Notes under the pieces: generated by a model | The model's database searches: none | What the model saw: only the letters and a program-made list of their open reading frames with translations | Told to the model about the DNA's origin: nothing | Part shown: positions 51,537-64,000 of the stretch, one piece after another | How the letters are laid out: every line of letters begins with the position of its first letter | How positions within the stretch are numbered: position 1 is the first letter of the stretch | Translations under genes and position numbers: made by a program | Assembly: GCA_907165135.1 (NCBI GenBank) | Contig: OU015567.1 | Location: 11,966,001 to 12,030,000, forward strand | Direction: 5' to 3' | DNA from: Oikopleura dioica | Lineage: Eukaryota; Animalia; Chordata | DNA length: 64,000 nucleotides

Positions 51537-54500
51537 ATGCCATTAATGTTATCGAGAGTTCATGGAAATGGGAATGAACTTGTTCAAAATTTCAAAAGTT
51601 CAAAATTATAAAGTATTTTTAGTATCCGGCTGGGCCGAGTTTGCAACACAAGACCTCCCGCGGATTCCGCATAAAACTAGGAAGCTTGATGATCAAATCA
51701 TTGTTATAAATGTTTCCGGCGTCCGTTACATGTGCTGGAAGTCTACTTTGGAGGTAATTTACCTAATTTTTCATACCTATTCTATAACTAAATACATTTT
51801 CCTAAACAAATATAGAAACAGTATATAGAAACGTCAAAAAGCTGAGAATTTATTTCAGTAAACATATTGTCAACCCTGATAAATGTTTGATTCGATAATC
51901 GGACAAGCTTTTATCGCCTGAATTTTAATGATCCCTGCGCCCCATAAGTTCCATATGGTTAAAAGTGAGCGGCAAAAGTTATTGCCAGAAGAAATACAAT
52001 AGTGATTAGCGCAATATGACTGGGAGTGGACAGTGGACAGTGCTTTTATTACAGTAGCAACAGGACAGTGATTGTTACCTTTTGGCCCCGAGCACTCGTT
52101 CATCACAATAAACGCCATCTCCTCCATCTCGCTAACACATATTTAGGCACACATTCACTTCTAATCTAGGAAAATAGTTTACTGTATTCATAATTCTAAA
52201 CAAATGCTGAAATTCCCTTTAGAAATTCCCTGAATCTCTTTTGGGCTCCCACGAGCGCGATTTCTTCTACGATCAAGTCAATGATGAGTATTTCTTCGAC
52301 CGAGACCCAGAAGTTTTCCGACACATTATCAGCTACTTCCGCACAGGTTCTTTCATGCTTTTTTGACGATCACTAACGATCCTAGGAAAACTACACTACC
52401 CGAGAACAGAGTGCATTGGTTTGGTGGAAGAAGAGCTTGTTTTCTTCGGGATTTCCCCTGATATTATCCACGATTGCTGCTATGAAGACTATCGAGAGAA
52501 GAAAAGAGAGTTTATGGAGAGAACGATGGAGGACAAAGTGGAGGGTGGCAACGAAAATTCCAAGGTAGACCCTTCTTCTTCCACTAGCTGAAATTAATGA
52601 ATTTTCAGCTTCCGGTGCCGCATATCTCCCTACGAAAGAGAATGTGGTCTCAATTCGAAAATCCGCACACATCTACCGCTGCCCTTGTGTTTTATTACGT
52701 TACAGGTTTCTTTATCGCCGTTTCTGTCATGGCTAACATTATCGAAACGATGGGTTGCGGCGAGGACCCTGTAGATCCGTCGAAGGAACTGGTCCAGAGA
52801 GTTAATTGTGCTCTCTTCGCGAAAAACGGCGACTATCTAACACAATAAAGAGCTCATCTTGACCGAAATTAGGTTTTATCGTGTGGCGACAAGTACAAGC
52901 TTATCTTCTTCTGTCTTGACACTGCCTGTGTCATGATCTTTACAATCGAATATATTCTGCGTCTCTATGCTTCGCCCGACAGGTTTGTCCTACTTTATTG
53001 CCCCGGCTAAAAAGTTAATCTTAAAGGAGTTCGTTTCTCCAAGATCATTTTAGACCTAAGCAAAATCAGTAAAAATGCAATCATTTTCGCATCCAAATAA
53101 CTGATGATCATTCTTATCCATTAACAACTTTTTAGGTGTAAATATATGCGAGGAGTTATGAGCGTAATAGATGTTGTTGCGATTTTGTGACGGGATGAAA
53201 TCATTTCTTTTTCTTATTGAAACCATCATCAATATAAGTCCAATAATTTTTATCCCACTAAAGCCATATTATGTTGGACTGTTTCTGCCAGCAAATGACG
53301 ACGTCTCCGGTGCCTTCGTGACCCTGAGAGTGTTCCGAGTGTTCAGAATCTTCAAGTTTTCAAGGCACTCCCAAGGTAAGCAAAAAGTTGGACAAAAACT
53401 CATTACTGGTATATATGAGCGCTGGTAATAGAATTCACAAGCGCGAATTCTCAAAAGAACCAGTCTGACGAAAAGATAAATGGGCCGATCATTGACGCGC
53501 TGTTTAATATTTCAGTAAAAATCTATACTCATTGCAAAACTAAAAGCGAACAAAGGGCCATTAACTAGCTTCATTAGGGCTTCTTTATTAGTGCAACTAG
53601 CAATTAAACTTATGAGTTATTGAAATATTCTGACTTGGAGACAGACAATAGTCGACTTTGATTCTTTCAAAATTGATAAACCAAGTTAAAGAAATAAAAT
53701 GTCGTTCTAGTTTTACTTCTACTTTGAAACTTTAAAAAGTATCCTGATTTGTGCCTTTGAGCAGCAAAAAGATGAGCTGTTTTCAATATTCTGACCACTT
53801 TTGCTCTTGACAGGGACATATAAGGAACAGCCTATATATGTAATATACAAGGCTTATTGGTAAACTAATATAAGAGGATTTTGTATTTGCGTCGAAGATT
53901 GATTACTTTTCGCGCATCCTGGCGAGGCAATAAGTTCTACTATAGCATCACGTAGATTAGCTTCTCGTCATTGAGGCCCTCTCCTCAACAGTAAACTTAT
54001 ATAGCACCCAGTAATAATTATTCAGGTTTGCGGATATTGGGCTACACGCTGAAATCATGCGCCTCCGAGCTCGGCTTTTTACTTTTCTCCATTGCAATGG
54101 CGCTGATTATCTTTGCCACTGTCATGTTTTACGCAGAAAAGGGATCAGCGGAAACCACTTTTACGAGCATCCCAGAAGCGTTTTGGTACACCATTGTCAC
54201 GATGACTACTTTAGGGTGAGTAAAGAAACAAAATCTGTTGAATTTTTTCATTATTTTTTGCGCAAAATATCGTTAATCTAATTTGATAATCCCTTAGCTA
54301 TGGTGACATGGTGCCGACGACTGTAACTGGCAAGATCTTCGGCTCCGTCTGTTCCTTATCCGGCGTGTTGGTAATCGCGCTCCCAGTTCCCGTCATCGTC
54401 TCCAACTTTTCGCGGATTTACTCGCAAAATCAACGAAGTGATAAACGCCGCGCGCAAAAGGTATGAGAAACGACTATCCAACTTCAAGTCGACACCGAAC

Positions 54501-55027
54501 TATTTTTAAACTGAAAAAGGCGGGAATGAAAAATTCACCTTTGCAAGCCACAATTCGGCTCTTTTAAACATGGGCCAGTCGGTTAGTTTGGGTGAATAAA
54601 AAAGTGCAAAGGAAGGAACTAAGTCACCGGGCGCTCGTAGGGCCTACTCAAGGGGTTTATCAATAATTCTAGCGCGCTCGTCTGGCCCGAATCCGTGCAT
54701 CCAAAAACAGAAAATACACGAGTCTCGTCAGCGTCCAGGATCCGAGCAATTCAGAAGACGCACCTAAACAGGTAATCACAATTTCTTTCCAGAGCAAGGC
54801 GGTTCTCGATGCAAATCATATCTGATCCCTTGCTAATAAGTAACTTACGAAACGAGATTAGGGTTCCCCTCGAGTCTGAATAAATCAACTTATCTATGAT
54901 CCAGTTAACTCGGCTAATTGTAGAATGGAATCAGAATAAACGACTGCGCTGCTATTGACGAACGTACAAACGAACCTTACTCCGAAGACCGAATTAATTA
55001 TAACACTTCACCATCACCTCACTTAAT
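51537..55027 (+). CDS. KCND: Voltage-gated potassium channel Kv4/Shal family
   Basis: T1 domain [31 protein letters not shown]1 [19 protein letters not shown]4 [18 protein letters not shown], pore [12 protein letters not shown]|YGDMVP, S6 [13 protein letters not shown]-terminal end approximate. Confidence 0.95.
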
Positions 55028-55527
55028 TAAGGAAAGCGGTTCTAAACTTAAATTTGCCGACTTCATAAAACTGAAAATCGAAGACATGGAAACAACCGCC
55101 TTTCAGAATATTCATCAGTCGCAACAAGAAAGCACAAGTAAGGCGCTGAACCACATTGCTAAAAAGACAATTATTGAAGCTTTGAATAAATAAACAAAAT
55201 GCTCTGTATAGTAAATAAAATAAAATTTGCTTTGAATTTGAAGATTGGTTTTTCCACCCAATAACCGGAAGAACATGAGTTGTTCTTCAAGAGTTAGTCC
55301 GATCCAATATGGAAATCTATTTCTGGAAAGCAACTAGGGCGGAAGAATTGGCAGGCTATTTTTAGTGACATGAATGGGGCCACGCCGCCGGGCAACTAGC
55401 GCGGCCGGTAGTTGCGCACCCGCTTCCGCGGCGCTAGAGATTCATTCCAGAACCCCATAAAAATCGGTTGAGAACCGAATGCTCATCAAAAAGTATTAAA
55501 AAACCAAAAAAAAAAATTTTTTTCAAT

Positions 55528-55857
55528 ATGAGAGTCAAGTCCCTTCCAGTCCACAACTACCGCCGGGTCGCCAAAGACAAGCATTCCATCGGGAAAGGCT
55601 CGTCCAATGACGCATTTCAAGCCAATTCGAAGCCAAAAGCGAAGCAACTCTTTCTCCTGCCACCAAAGAAGCGACTGCTCATGCCGGTCCAGAAGGCCTC
55701 TCGAAAATCCGCCAATCCAGAACGAATCCTGATCGACACTGGCTACGAGGGTGATGTAGAGTCCGACACCGACGACCAAGAGAGTGGATTCTGGCGCGAC
55801 TACCTGTACGTCATCGCTCAGCTCCATGTCCACTTCAACGCGACCAAACAGCGATGA
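55528..55857 (+). CDS. Orphan single-exon ORF (109 aa), GC-richer than its surroundings
   Basis: ATG at 55528, open to 55857, basic N-half and acidic DTGYEGDVESDTDD. No family recognised. Confidence 0.3.
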   Translation: MRVKSLPVHNYRRVAKDKHSIGKGSSNDAFQANSKPKAKQLFLLPPKKRLLMPVQKASRKSANPERILIDTGYEGDVESDTDDQESGFWRDYLYVIAQLHVHFNATKQR

Positions 55858-55871
55858 ACTGACCAACAATT

Positions 55872-55963
55872 GCCTGCTCAGAGAAGATCAAAGACCAATC
55901 TACGCTTGCTCCAGAGAAGTTCCAGACTAGACCATCGACCAATGCTTGCTCCAGAGAAGTTCC
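55872..55963 (+). repeat. Short direct repeat GCTTGCTCCAGAGAAGTTCC x2 (period 40) plus a degenerate third copy
   Basis: Copies at 55904-55923 and 55944-55963, degenerate copy at about 55872-55889. Confidence 0.8.
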
Positions 55964-56299
55964 TTAATATAATGAATGAATATGAAATTTATAAAATGAA
56001 GCTGCTACAAAACCTACTATTTGTATGATCAAACATATTAGTAATATCTATGTTTTAAAATGAATCTTTTTCTTTTCATAGACTCTCTCCTCTCATAAAC
56101 GCGAAGACTATCGATTAAAAATAAAATATTCAAATAACATCTTGAAATTCTATTTCAGTATCATTGTGTCTAAAAATTCTTGCAGGCAGCATTGTTCAAA
56201 GCAGTGAGTGTGGTCCAGGGGCATCTTGAGCGATACAGTCGAGTAGAATATGATCGAGCAGTAGTAAACCTAGAAAAGACATTTGAAATATAAAAATAT

Positions 56300-59200
56300 A
56301 CACTCAGAACCGACCTCTTTTGGGATTTCCTTCTGTTGGACCCTTGAAGAATTTCTGATCGAAAATCCAACAAAATTGCAAGTAGACGGTCTTTTCAGTT
56401 GGCCAGACCTCCCGGTTGTTGAGTTTGATTGAGCTTGTCACTTCATACTTTCCCTCAGTTACTTTCGATAATTCGTGGTCTTCGATGAAGTAAATTGAAT
56501 CTTCTTCAATCCCGTAGCGAACTCGAACCGCGAGTTTTCTGCTTGGATCAACTGGTGAGTAGAGTGATGCCTTTTGAGGGATTTCTTGAGAATACTCGCG
56601 CGATTTACGCAATTTAGCAACTTGATTTGGCAATAAAATAGATAGATAGAAATGCCTCCCTTGAAGGCCGTTTTAGTCCCAAGCGTGACTAGCCATTTCA
56701 GTTGTTGATGCTGCTTTGGTTTATGAATTTGCGCGTGAATCTTACAAATATCCTTTGTAGTCAGAATTTGAACATTCGGAGCAAAGGAAGAGTCACTAAA
56801 ATGATCTCAATAAACGCTGATTTCTAACACTCAAACCTGAGAATTGAATTGAGAAAAGACTTCAAGAGGGAATAGCGTTTGATCCCTCTGCATTGATCGA
56901 TTAGACTTTTTGTGAACTTTGATGGAGTAAACTCGTGCTGGGCGATTTTTAGCGAGACCTCGTCAAGGAGAATTTGAAAGTTTGCCGAGGAAAAAACCGA
57001 TTCTTCGTCTTCGTTGAAGAAACACAGAATGGCGAAGACGATGAGTTTGTATTCTCGCAGGTAGAACTTTTCTTGCTCAGACAGGCCTTTCAGTAGATTT
57101 TCAAGGCGGTGAATTATTCCCAAGCAGTGATGAATTGGATTCATATTTGTTCTGGAAAGATAAAATTAATATAGGCGGATAATTGACTGAAATAACCTGG
57201 AAAAGGAATAATTCCTCAAAATGCTCTGTATCTCCAAGAAATCCGCATGCGCCAGAATCAAATTCAGTTCACTTCTGTCCGAGCTCGCTTTTTTCATCCT
57301 ATTCAACGAGGCTAGCGCTGATGTCAACGATTGAGTAGAGTTGATTTGTGGCAACAACTTGACTCTCTTCTTGACGAATTCGGATGATTGGCAGTGGATA
57401 AACTCGCCTTTGTTTTTCGCTCTTTTTTCTTCGAGAAAGTCGAGTTTCGGCACGAGTTCAGGGTGTACATCGCGAAGGTAGGAGTAGTGTCGCTTGATGA
57501 AAGGAGGGAAGAACGTTGCCATTGACTTGGAATCAGAAGCAGCGTTCAGAATGAGAATTAGCTTCGCTGCGTAGCTCGTGTCGGAGATGTCGGTCTCGCA
57601 AGTGTCATAAAAGGGATGAATATTGAGCAACTGCGGCGTCAGAGCGGCGGTAAAGTGTGGGTGATTCTTTCCGAGGCAGCAAACAGCTTCGTAAATGGAT
57701 GATTGATCCTCCGGGAACTTTTGAAGACTTCGGATGAGCTCTTCTACTGTTCGATTCAGGCATTTTTTGGAAAGAAGACGGCAGCAGGACAGTAATCGAT
57801 GGGTAGAAATTCTGAAATAAAGATGAAACGGCGAAATAGCCGCTTCTTCAATTATTTTTCGCCCCTTTAGATAGCTTAAGCTATCTTTTTTCCCATTCTT
57901 TAACGATCGTACCTAATTTCGCGCCTAGAATCGGGCAAACAGCTGGTCAATACATTCTCATTCTGATCTTCAAGCAAAACAGGAACACGAGAAGCCAGTT
58001 TTACGCAGTTATTTATCGCATTTAGACGAACAATTTCCAACTCATCGTTGAGCATGTCTACCATGTAGTCCATCGACTCTTTGGCGAAATCTCCAGTGGA
58101 CTCTTTAGCGGCTAAGGTGCAAAGAGAATCCAGCGATGCAACTCTGACCGTTTTAAATTCATCTTCCAGGCCGTGAATGAAGGCTCCACACGCGCCCCGG
58201 GCGATAACGTTATTGTCATCCTCTACTTCTCCTCTTACAGCTTTGTCGTCACCGAATTTTCTTCCAGAAGAGAATTCTCCGCCACCTTCTCCTTTCGCTT
58301 TTTCGTTCAGGCTTCGAACGCGGTTCAGGTTCGTCATGAGATTCTTCTCCAACGTCTGGTGCAAGAAACGCATCGAAACGCCTTCAAATTTTCCGAGCAG
58401 AGTGGCTCCTTCTGCTCGAACACTTGGTTCTGGGTCGTTCAAAGAGTCGCACAAATGAGCAAAGGCGTCGTCTACGAGTCTGATTTCTTCGTTACCTTCT
58501 TTGTTCCGAGCTGGAATCATTTTCTCGGGCATTTGAATTGCGAAGGCGAACAGAAGTCGATATGCAGCTAGACGGACTTGGTGAGAGATGTCTCCTAACA
58601 TGCTGATTGCTTGAAAAAGGGTCAACATATATTAAAATTGAAAAAACTGCTTTGGAAGCACTGCTTCATATTCAAGTTCATATTCAAGTTTTTGGACCTT
58701 TTCCTTTGGAATACTGCGCCAAATCGAGATCCCCGCCTCTCTTAAAAATAAGATAGAGCGCATTTAATGCTGCCAGTCGAATTCGCTGATCGTGATCGTC
58801 GAGCATTATCAGAATCTTCTCCCTCGATTGCGTCGTGTCGATATTTTCGCCGATGAAGGAAATTGACATAATTTTGATTCTACTCTGGATCCAGGCATCT
58901 TCGCCGAAGAGATTCGAAGTCGCTTGATCGAGGAATTTCGATTTGAGATCGCCCGCGATTTCGGAGAGCTTGAAGCATTTTCGGACGAGAAGCCAGACTT
59001 CTGGGGCGTAACTTGTTGGGAAAGAATTGATCCTGGAGGACAAAGAGTCTTAGAATTCAATTTTCGTAAGCAAAAGAAAACTTTAACGAATCTTTACCAA
59101 TGATATGAAAAGCTAGAGTTGGGTCTTTGCTCACTTCTGAATCGAGCTTTCTGAGTAGGATTCTAGCGTCGCCTGCGTTAGCACTCGTGAACAAAGTATC

Positions 59201-59320
59201 CACGAGCTTGAGAGTTTCCGCTGTATCGGTCGCTAATTGAAGTTTTTGACGCTTTACCGGCTCTTCAGTAGAAGTGACGGTTTCGCTGACGATTCCTCTC
59301 TTGTTTTTTGTTTCTACCAT
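56300..59320 (-). CDS. INTS4: Integrator complex subunit 4
   Basis: HEAT repeats with IRLVDDAF, FLHQTLEKNLM, GEFSSGRKFGDD, GACGAFIHGLEDEF and DMLNDELEIVRL, matching INTS4 blocks. Start MVETKNKR at 59320; 3' end approximate. Confidence 0.92.
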
Positions 59321-59868
59321 TCTAAAATTACAATTTTCAGCAGAAAGTCACTTCTCGAAAGCATAAAGCATTTAACATTCTCTTATTAAACTTTTATCAT
59401 GCTAATTTGTAAATTGAAATAGAACTAAAAAAAAACTGAGAATGGCGATTTATTCAGAATGACTCATTTCAAGGAGCGTGCGTCACGGTATGAGCGCTCG
59501 TCTGAAAATCGAACACACCTTTCATCGAACTTACTGTTCAGTAGTGTTTGCTCATTGGAGCATTTAAAATAGACGATTCGAAGTCTTCCTGCAAGTGTGA
59601 TTCAAAAATACGAGCGCTATAAAAATCTGAATGCCTTCTGGACGTTTCCAGTTCAAAGTTTGCCAGCAAACGGCCCTGTTTAACCCGGCGACGATGGAGG
59701 TCTGTTTGCTTTTGGGTGATGCAAAAATTGTACAATATGCCTGTATTTATCTTTCTGAGGATTGTGAACTGCTTTTGATTCCTCAAAGACCAAACTCTAT
59801 ATAATTCGAACTCTTTTTGACATAAAACAGATACAGTATCGAAGAAGAAGAGTGAGAGACTTAAAAAG

Positions 59869-62800
59869 ATGAAGCTTGGAATCTTGCTTTGGAAAAATTT
59901 CACAATACGAAAAAGACATCCAATTCGAACAATTTTCGAAATATTATGGCCACTTTTTCTTTATATGATCATGGTTATTATTCGAATGACCATCACTCTG
60001 AAAACCCAGCCAGAATGTCACTATCCGGCAAGAGCACTCCCAACTGCCGGTGCTCTGCCCTGGCTGCAGTCAATCTACTGCAACTTGGATAGCGCAAGAA
60101 ATTGTGCACAGGAAGAGGTAGCATCTGAAATTCCAGGAAAGCTCTTCAACCCGCCAGGAAGCGATCCCGCCGTCAGTTGTGATGATTTTTGCACAGCGAC
60201 ATGTTTACTCCAGCAAAAGTGCAATAATACGATTGAAGCACTAGAAGACGCAAATCGCTATTTATGTCCAAATCACCCTCCTATCGACTTTCCTCCGCCA
60301 GAAGATACTCAAGAAAGAAGCCTGAGAGATACAAATTCGTCGAACCCATTTGACTGGACTTGCAAAGAAATTATTAATGGAACAGGAACGTGGTCTAATA
60401 TTTACACTTAGACACTCCGAAGTTAATCATTATTGACCAAATATCAAGCAAATGATCCTTTTGCCGCAGTCTTCTACGAGTCTTACAGATATCTTCTCAA
60501 TGGGAAAGTGCTTTACTATCCCAAAACGGCGCAAACGGATGCAATTATTGCCAACGCAAACGAAACATTCCTTGCACTTGCTGAGCTCACAGATGAGCTT
60601 GAGCAGCTTTCCCCGATTCAGAAACCCGTTCAAACTTTTTTGGGAAAACTTCTTGGTTGCTTGGACTTGGACAAATTCGAAGGATTCACAAATGAGACGG
60701 AGCTTATTATGAAGGAGGGCGAGCTTTCTTGCCAAGCAAATGCTACGAATTGCGAGCGATCACTCTGGGCTACTGTAATGTTTGCCGATGAAAACGGCGA
60801 AGACTTGAAGCCAACTGTTACTACCGAACATATAATTTACACAATCAGAATGTCGAGAGATGTCGTTCCGAGCACTCGCTCAGTAACGCCGACATACTGG
60901 GCGCCGAATTCAAATGATGGTGCCGGACGGATGAAATATTTTGACTCGGGCTTCATCTACTTGCAAAATATGATCGATGATGGAATTATCCGACAAAAAG
61001 AACCAAGCGTTCAAACTGATGGTATTTACATGCAAATGTTTCCTTATCCTTGCTACACTCCCGATGCTTTTCTTGATGCTGTCTCTGGCTCGACCCCGCT
61101 TTTGCTTACTCTCAGTTGGGTGTTCACAGTTGCCATAATGGTGAAAAATATCGTCGTGGAGAAAGAAACGAGGCAGAAAGAACTGATGAAGATAATGGGC
61201 TTATCTGGTGGTGCTCTTTGGGCTTCTTGGTTCATCGATATTTTCCTGTTGATCTTGATCTCGTCAGGTTCGTTGGCGTTGCTGATGAAGTACGGAGGAA
61301 TCTACCAGTACTCAAATGGGTTTATTGTTTTCCTCTATGTCTTCAGTTTTGGATGCTCAAGCATCGGAATAATCTTCCTGCTTTCAACATTTTTCTCGAC
61401 TGCGTCTATTTCAGCCGCAGTAGCTGGGATTGTATTCTTCCTTTTGTATCTCCCGTATAACATCTGCTCGATTTTCCGCTACCAAATGACAACAGCTCAA
61501 CAACTCTGGTCCTGCCTCTGCCCGACAATTGCTCTTGGTTACGGTTCCTGGCAATTCGGTGACTTTGAAAAGCAAGGAACAGGTGTTACTTTCGACAACT
61601 GGAATATTGAGCTGCAGACTACTGATAATTGGGGAGCAACGGCCAATGTTATGAGCTGCATTTTGTTCATGTTTGCTGATGGAGTTATCTACTTTTTGAT
61701 TGCTTGGTACATTGATAATGTCTTTCCCGGGAAGTATGGTATTCCAAGGCCTTTCTACTTTTTCCTGCAGCCTAGTTTCTGGACTGGAAAGACAAAAAGA
61801 ACGACAGATGATCACTTTGAAGACTTATCGAAAGTGAGGCAGGAGGAAGTTTCAGAAAATTTATTGGCTGGAGTTGAGATTCAGGATTTGGGAAAAACAT
61901 ATAAGTCAGGAATAATGTGCACAAAGAAGGAAAAGGTAGCGGTGAATGGATTGAGTTTAAATTTTTACGAAAGTCAAATTACTTCATTTCTTGGACATAA
62001 TGGTGCGGGAAAGACAACAACGATGAGTATGCTTACGGGATTGTACCCTCCAACATCTGGAACAGCAAAAATTATGAAACACGATATTCATGATGAAATG
62101 GATGCGATAAGAACGATAATAGGAATGGTGTTCGAAAGTCTTAAGACTTATTGACAGAGCTACTTACCCCTAAAGGCAATATCATAATCTTTTGACAAAG
62201 GGAATTTCAAATGTGTGTCGAATTCTGTTTCACTGAAATTGAATAATTCAACAAATATTGCTTTCATATAGCCAAGGAATGTATATTTATCATTAAAAAT
62301 TTCATAGAAATCAGGAAAGGAGTTATCTTCAAGAGCAATAAACTGATGGATATCATGCTCAATTGGACATAAAATTCTCATTAAACAGAGCATAAAAGAA
62401 TATGCCGAAGGGAGGAAATTAAAAATTTTAAACACATACGAAGTGTTCACGTGAAAAGGCAGAAATTGTTTCGCGAAAGGGTTATCTTGATTTCTAAAAG
62501 TATCAAAATGCTCTCTGAAATTACGCATAAGCTCAAAATATGCAAGAAAATTTTGGCCATTATAATTATTAAACTCGTAATTAAAATTAATTATGTTGAC
62601 ATATTCGGTTGGTTTTATCAATGTCTGTCCACTCCTTTTTAAGTTCTCGTAAATTGGTGTGAAACGTACAAATGCCAAAGGAGATCGAATTCTACTGTCT
62701 TCATGTCTTTTAAAGAATGACAACAACGAAGACTCATCTGATTGTGATGGTCTCTCGTTAGAGACCTGATAATAGCCAATTAGAAGTAAACCGAATAGAA

Positions 62801-64000
62801 TATTACGCCAGCTTAAAAGAAAGGCATTTTGAGGTAAAGAAGAAGGATCGTAACAGAGATAAATTTTTGAATATTTGGCAAAAACTCTATTATTTTTGAG
62901 AATTCGAAAAATTAAGTAATATCGTCTTTCAGCCATGATATCTTCAGTGGTAAAATGATCTGGGAAATATGATTCAAAACAATTTTGTTCTGACCTTGGT
63001 TTCCTTCCTTGAGAGACATCCATATATTCTTTATAGATGTCCTTTAGAGTTTCTTTTTTCTGAGAAAGCCAAGTCAGTTGAGAAAAGAAATAAGTGGCAG
63101 TATGAAATACTTCTTTATAATTGCGACTTTCTATGCAATTCATATGCCAATCAGTATTCAGCTTGTCTATGATTTTTAATATCCTCGCTCTTCGAATTGC
63201 CTGCGATCGTTCATCTTCAGAATGACCCCCTGAATTTGAGAATTGCCTATGGATTCTTTGTAGATCTTCTTCAGATGAATTACTCTCCATATTCTCCTTT
63301 TTTTCCTTAAAATGAAATCTTTTTGAAGGTGTTAAAATCAACAATTATTTTATATTTGCAAAAATGAACACCCTAAAAGGCTTTTGTCCGCAGCACAATG
63401 TTTTATGGGATGATCTTACCTGTAAAGAACACGTCTATTTCTTCTCCAAACTGAAAGGATATCCCGCAGCGCAAATCGATGATGAAATCAAAAGTCTCTT
63501 GAAGCGAACTGGACTCACTCAAAAAGCTAATAATCTGGTTCCGAGTTTGTCTGGTGGTATGAAGCGGAAACTCTCTGTCGCGCTTGCTTTTTGCGGAGGT
63601 TCGAAGGTAAACATTCGGCCAGTCCGCTTCAAATTTTCGGAATCAATAGAGGCGTCAATAGCCTGATTGATTACTGTCATACAATACGATTATCTTCGCA
63701 TGAATCATTTTTAGGTTGTTTTATTAGACGAGCCGACTGCTGGCGTCGATCCTTATGCCCGACGTGGAATTTGGGACTTGCTCTTGAGCTACAAGAAAGG
63801 CAAGACTGTCATTCTATCAACACATCATATGGACGAAGCTGAAATTCTCGGGGACAGAATTGCGGTCATTTCTGATGGACAACTTCAATGCGTTGGCTCT
63901 TCTTTGTGGATGAAACGAACTTTTGGAAAAGGATACCTGATCACGGTAAACACCCCAGACAGGAAATCTGTATCGGAACTGGTGTCAAATATATCGCCGG
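59869..64000 (+). CDS. ABCA: ABCA-subfamily transporter (N-terminal half; runs off the window)
   Basis: [20 protein letters not shown] with [17 protein letters not shown], Walker [39 protein letters not shown] and STHHMDEA. Confidence 0.97.
62160..63290 (-). CDS. Intronless orphan ORF (about 376 aa) antisense inside an ABCA intron
   Basis: Uninterrupted frame 63344-62160, first ATG at 63290 (MESNSSEED..), AT-rich with F/Y/N/I-rich product. Lies in intron 62123-63379. Confidence 0.7.
   Translation of the reverse strand: MESNSSEEDLQRIHRQFSNSGGHSEDERSQAIRRARILKIIDKLNTDWHMNCIESRNYKEVFHTATYFFSQLTWLSQKKETLKDIYKEYMDVSQGRKPRSEQNCFESYFPDHFTTEDIMAERRYYLIFRILKNNRVFAKYSKIYLCYDPSSLPQNAFLLSWRNILFGLLLIGYYQVSNERPSQSDESSLLSFFKRHEDSRIRSPLAFVRFTPIYENLKRSGQTLIKPTEYVNIINFNYEFNNYNGQNFLAYFELMRNFREHFDTFRNQDNPFAKQFLPFHVNTSYVFKIFNFLPSAYSFMLCLMRILCPIEHDIHQFIALEDNSFPDFYEIFNDKYTFLGYMKAIFVELFNFSETEFDTHLKFPLSKDYDIAFRGK

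Noticed and set aside
55394-55440. Helitron 3' end (hairpin followed by CTAG)
   Set aside because: CTAG is followed by A rather than T, and no 5' TC end or Rep/Hel sequence was found.
1-64000. CRISPR arrays, rRNA, tRNA, autonomous transposase or reverse transcriptase genes
   Set aside because: None recognisable by eye; a tRNAscan/Infernal run would be needed to exclude small RNAs.

Overview
Eukaryotic genomic DNA with no prokaryotic features (no CRISPR array, rRNA or tRNA recognised). Genes are dense, most introns are 35-70 bp, and several introns need GA donors (GA-AG). This points to the larvacean tunicate Oikopleura dioica or a close relative (inference, not searched). Confidently recognised genes: C2H2 zinc-finger gene, Maf bZIP factor, axonemal dynein heavy chain (DNAH6-like), divergent N-myristoyltransferase-like gene, Kv4/Shal channel, Integrator subunit 4 and an ABCA transporter. 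Most notable items: (1) a >2700-aa secreted Sushi/CCP polyprotein whose modules carry internal Tyr/Gly/Lys-rich loop + (G)RKRR + acidic-spacer cassettes, organised like a prohormone; (2) a very divergent Smad-like gene (MH1 zinc ligands, a second MH1-like motif, MH2-like C-terminus, no SSxS) whose coding exon is split by a 708-bp foldback MITE with a perfect 8-bp target duplication, removable in frame as a GA-AG intron; (3) a small secreted fibronectin type-I repeat protein; (4) two antisense genes nested in introns; (5) four MITEs with four different target-site signatures. All gene models were assembled by eye, so exon boundaries are approximate unless stated.
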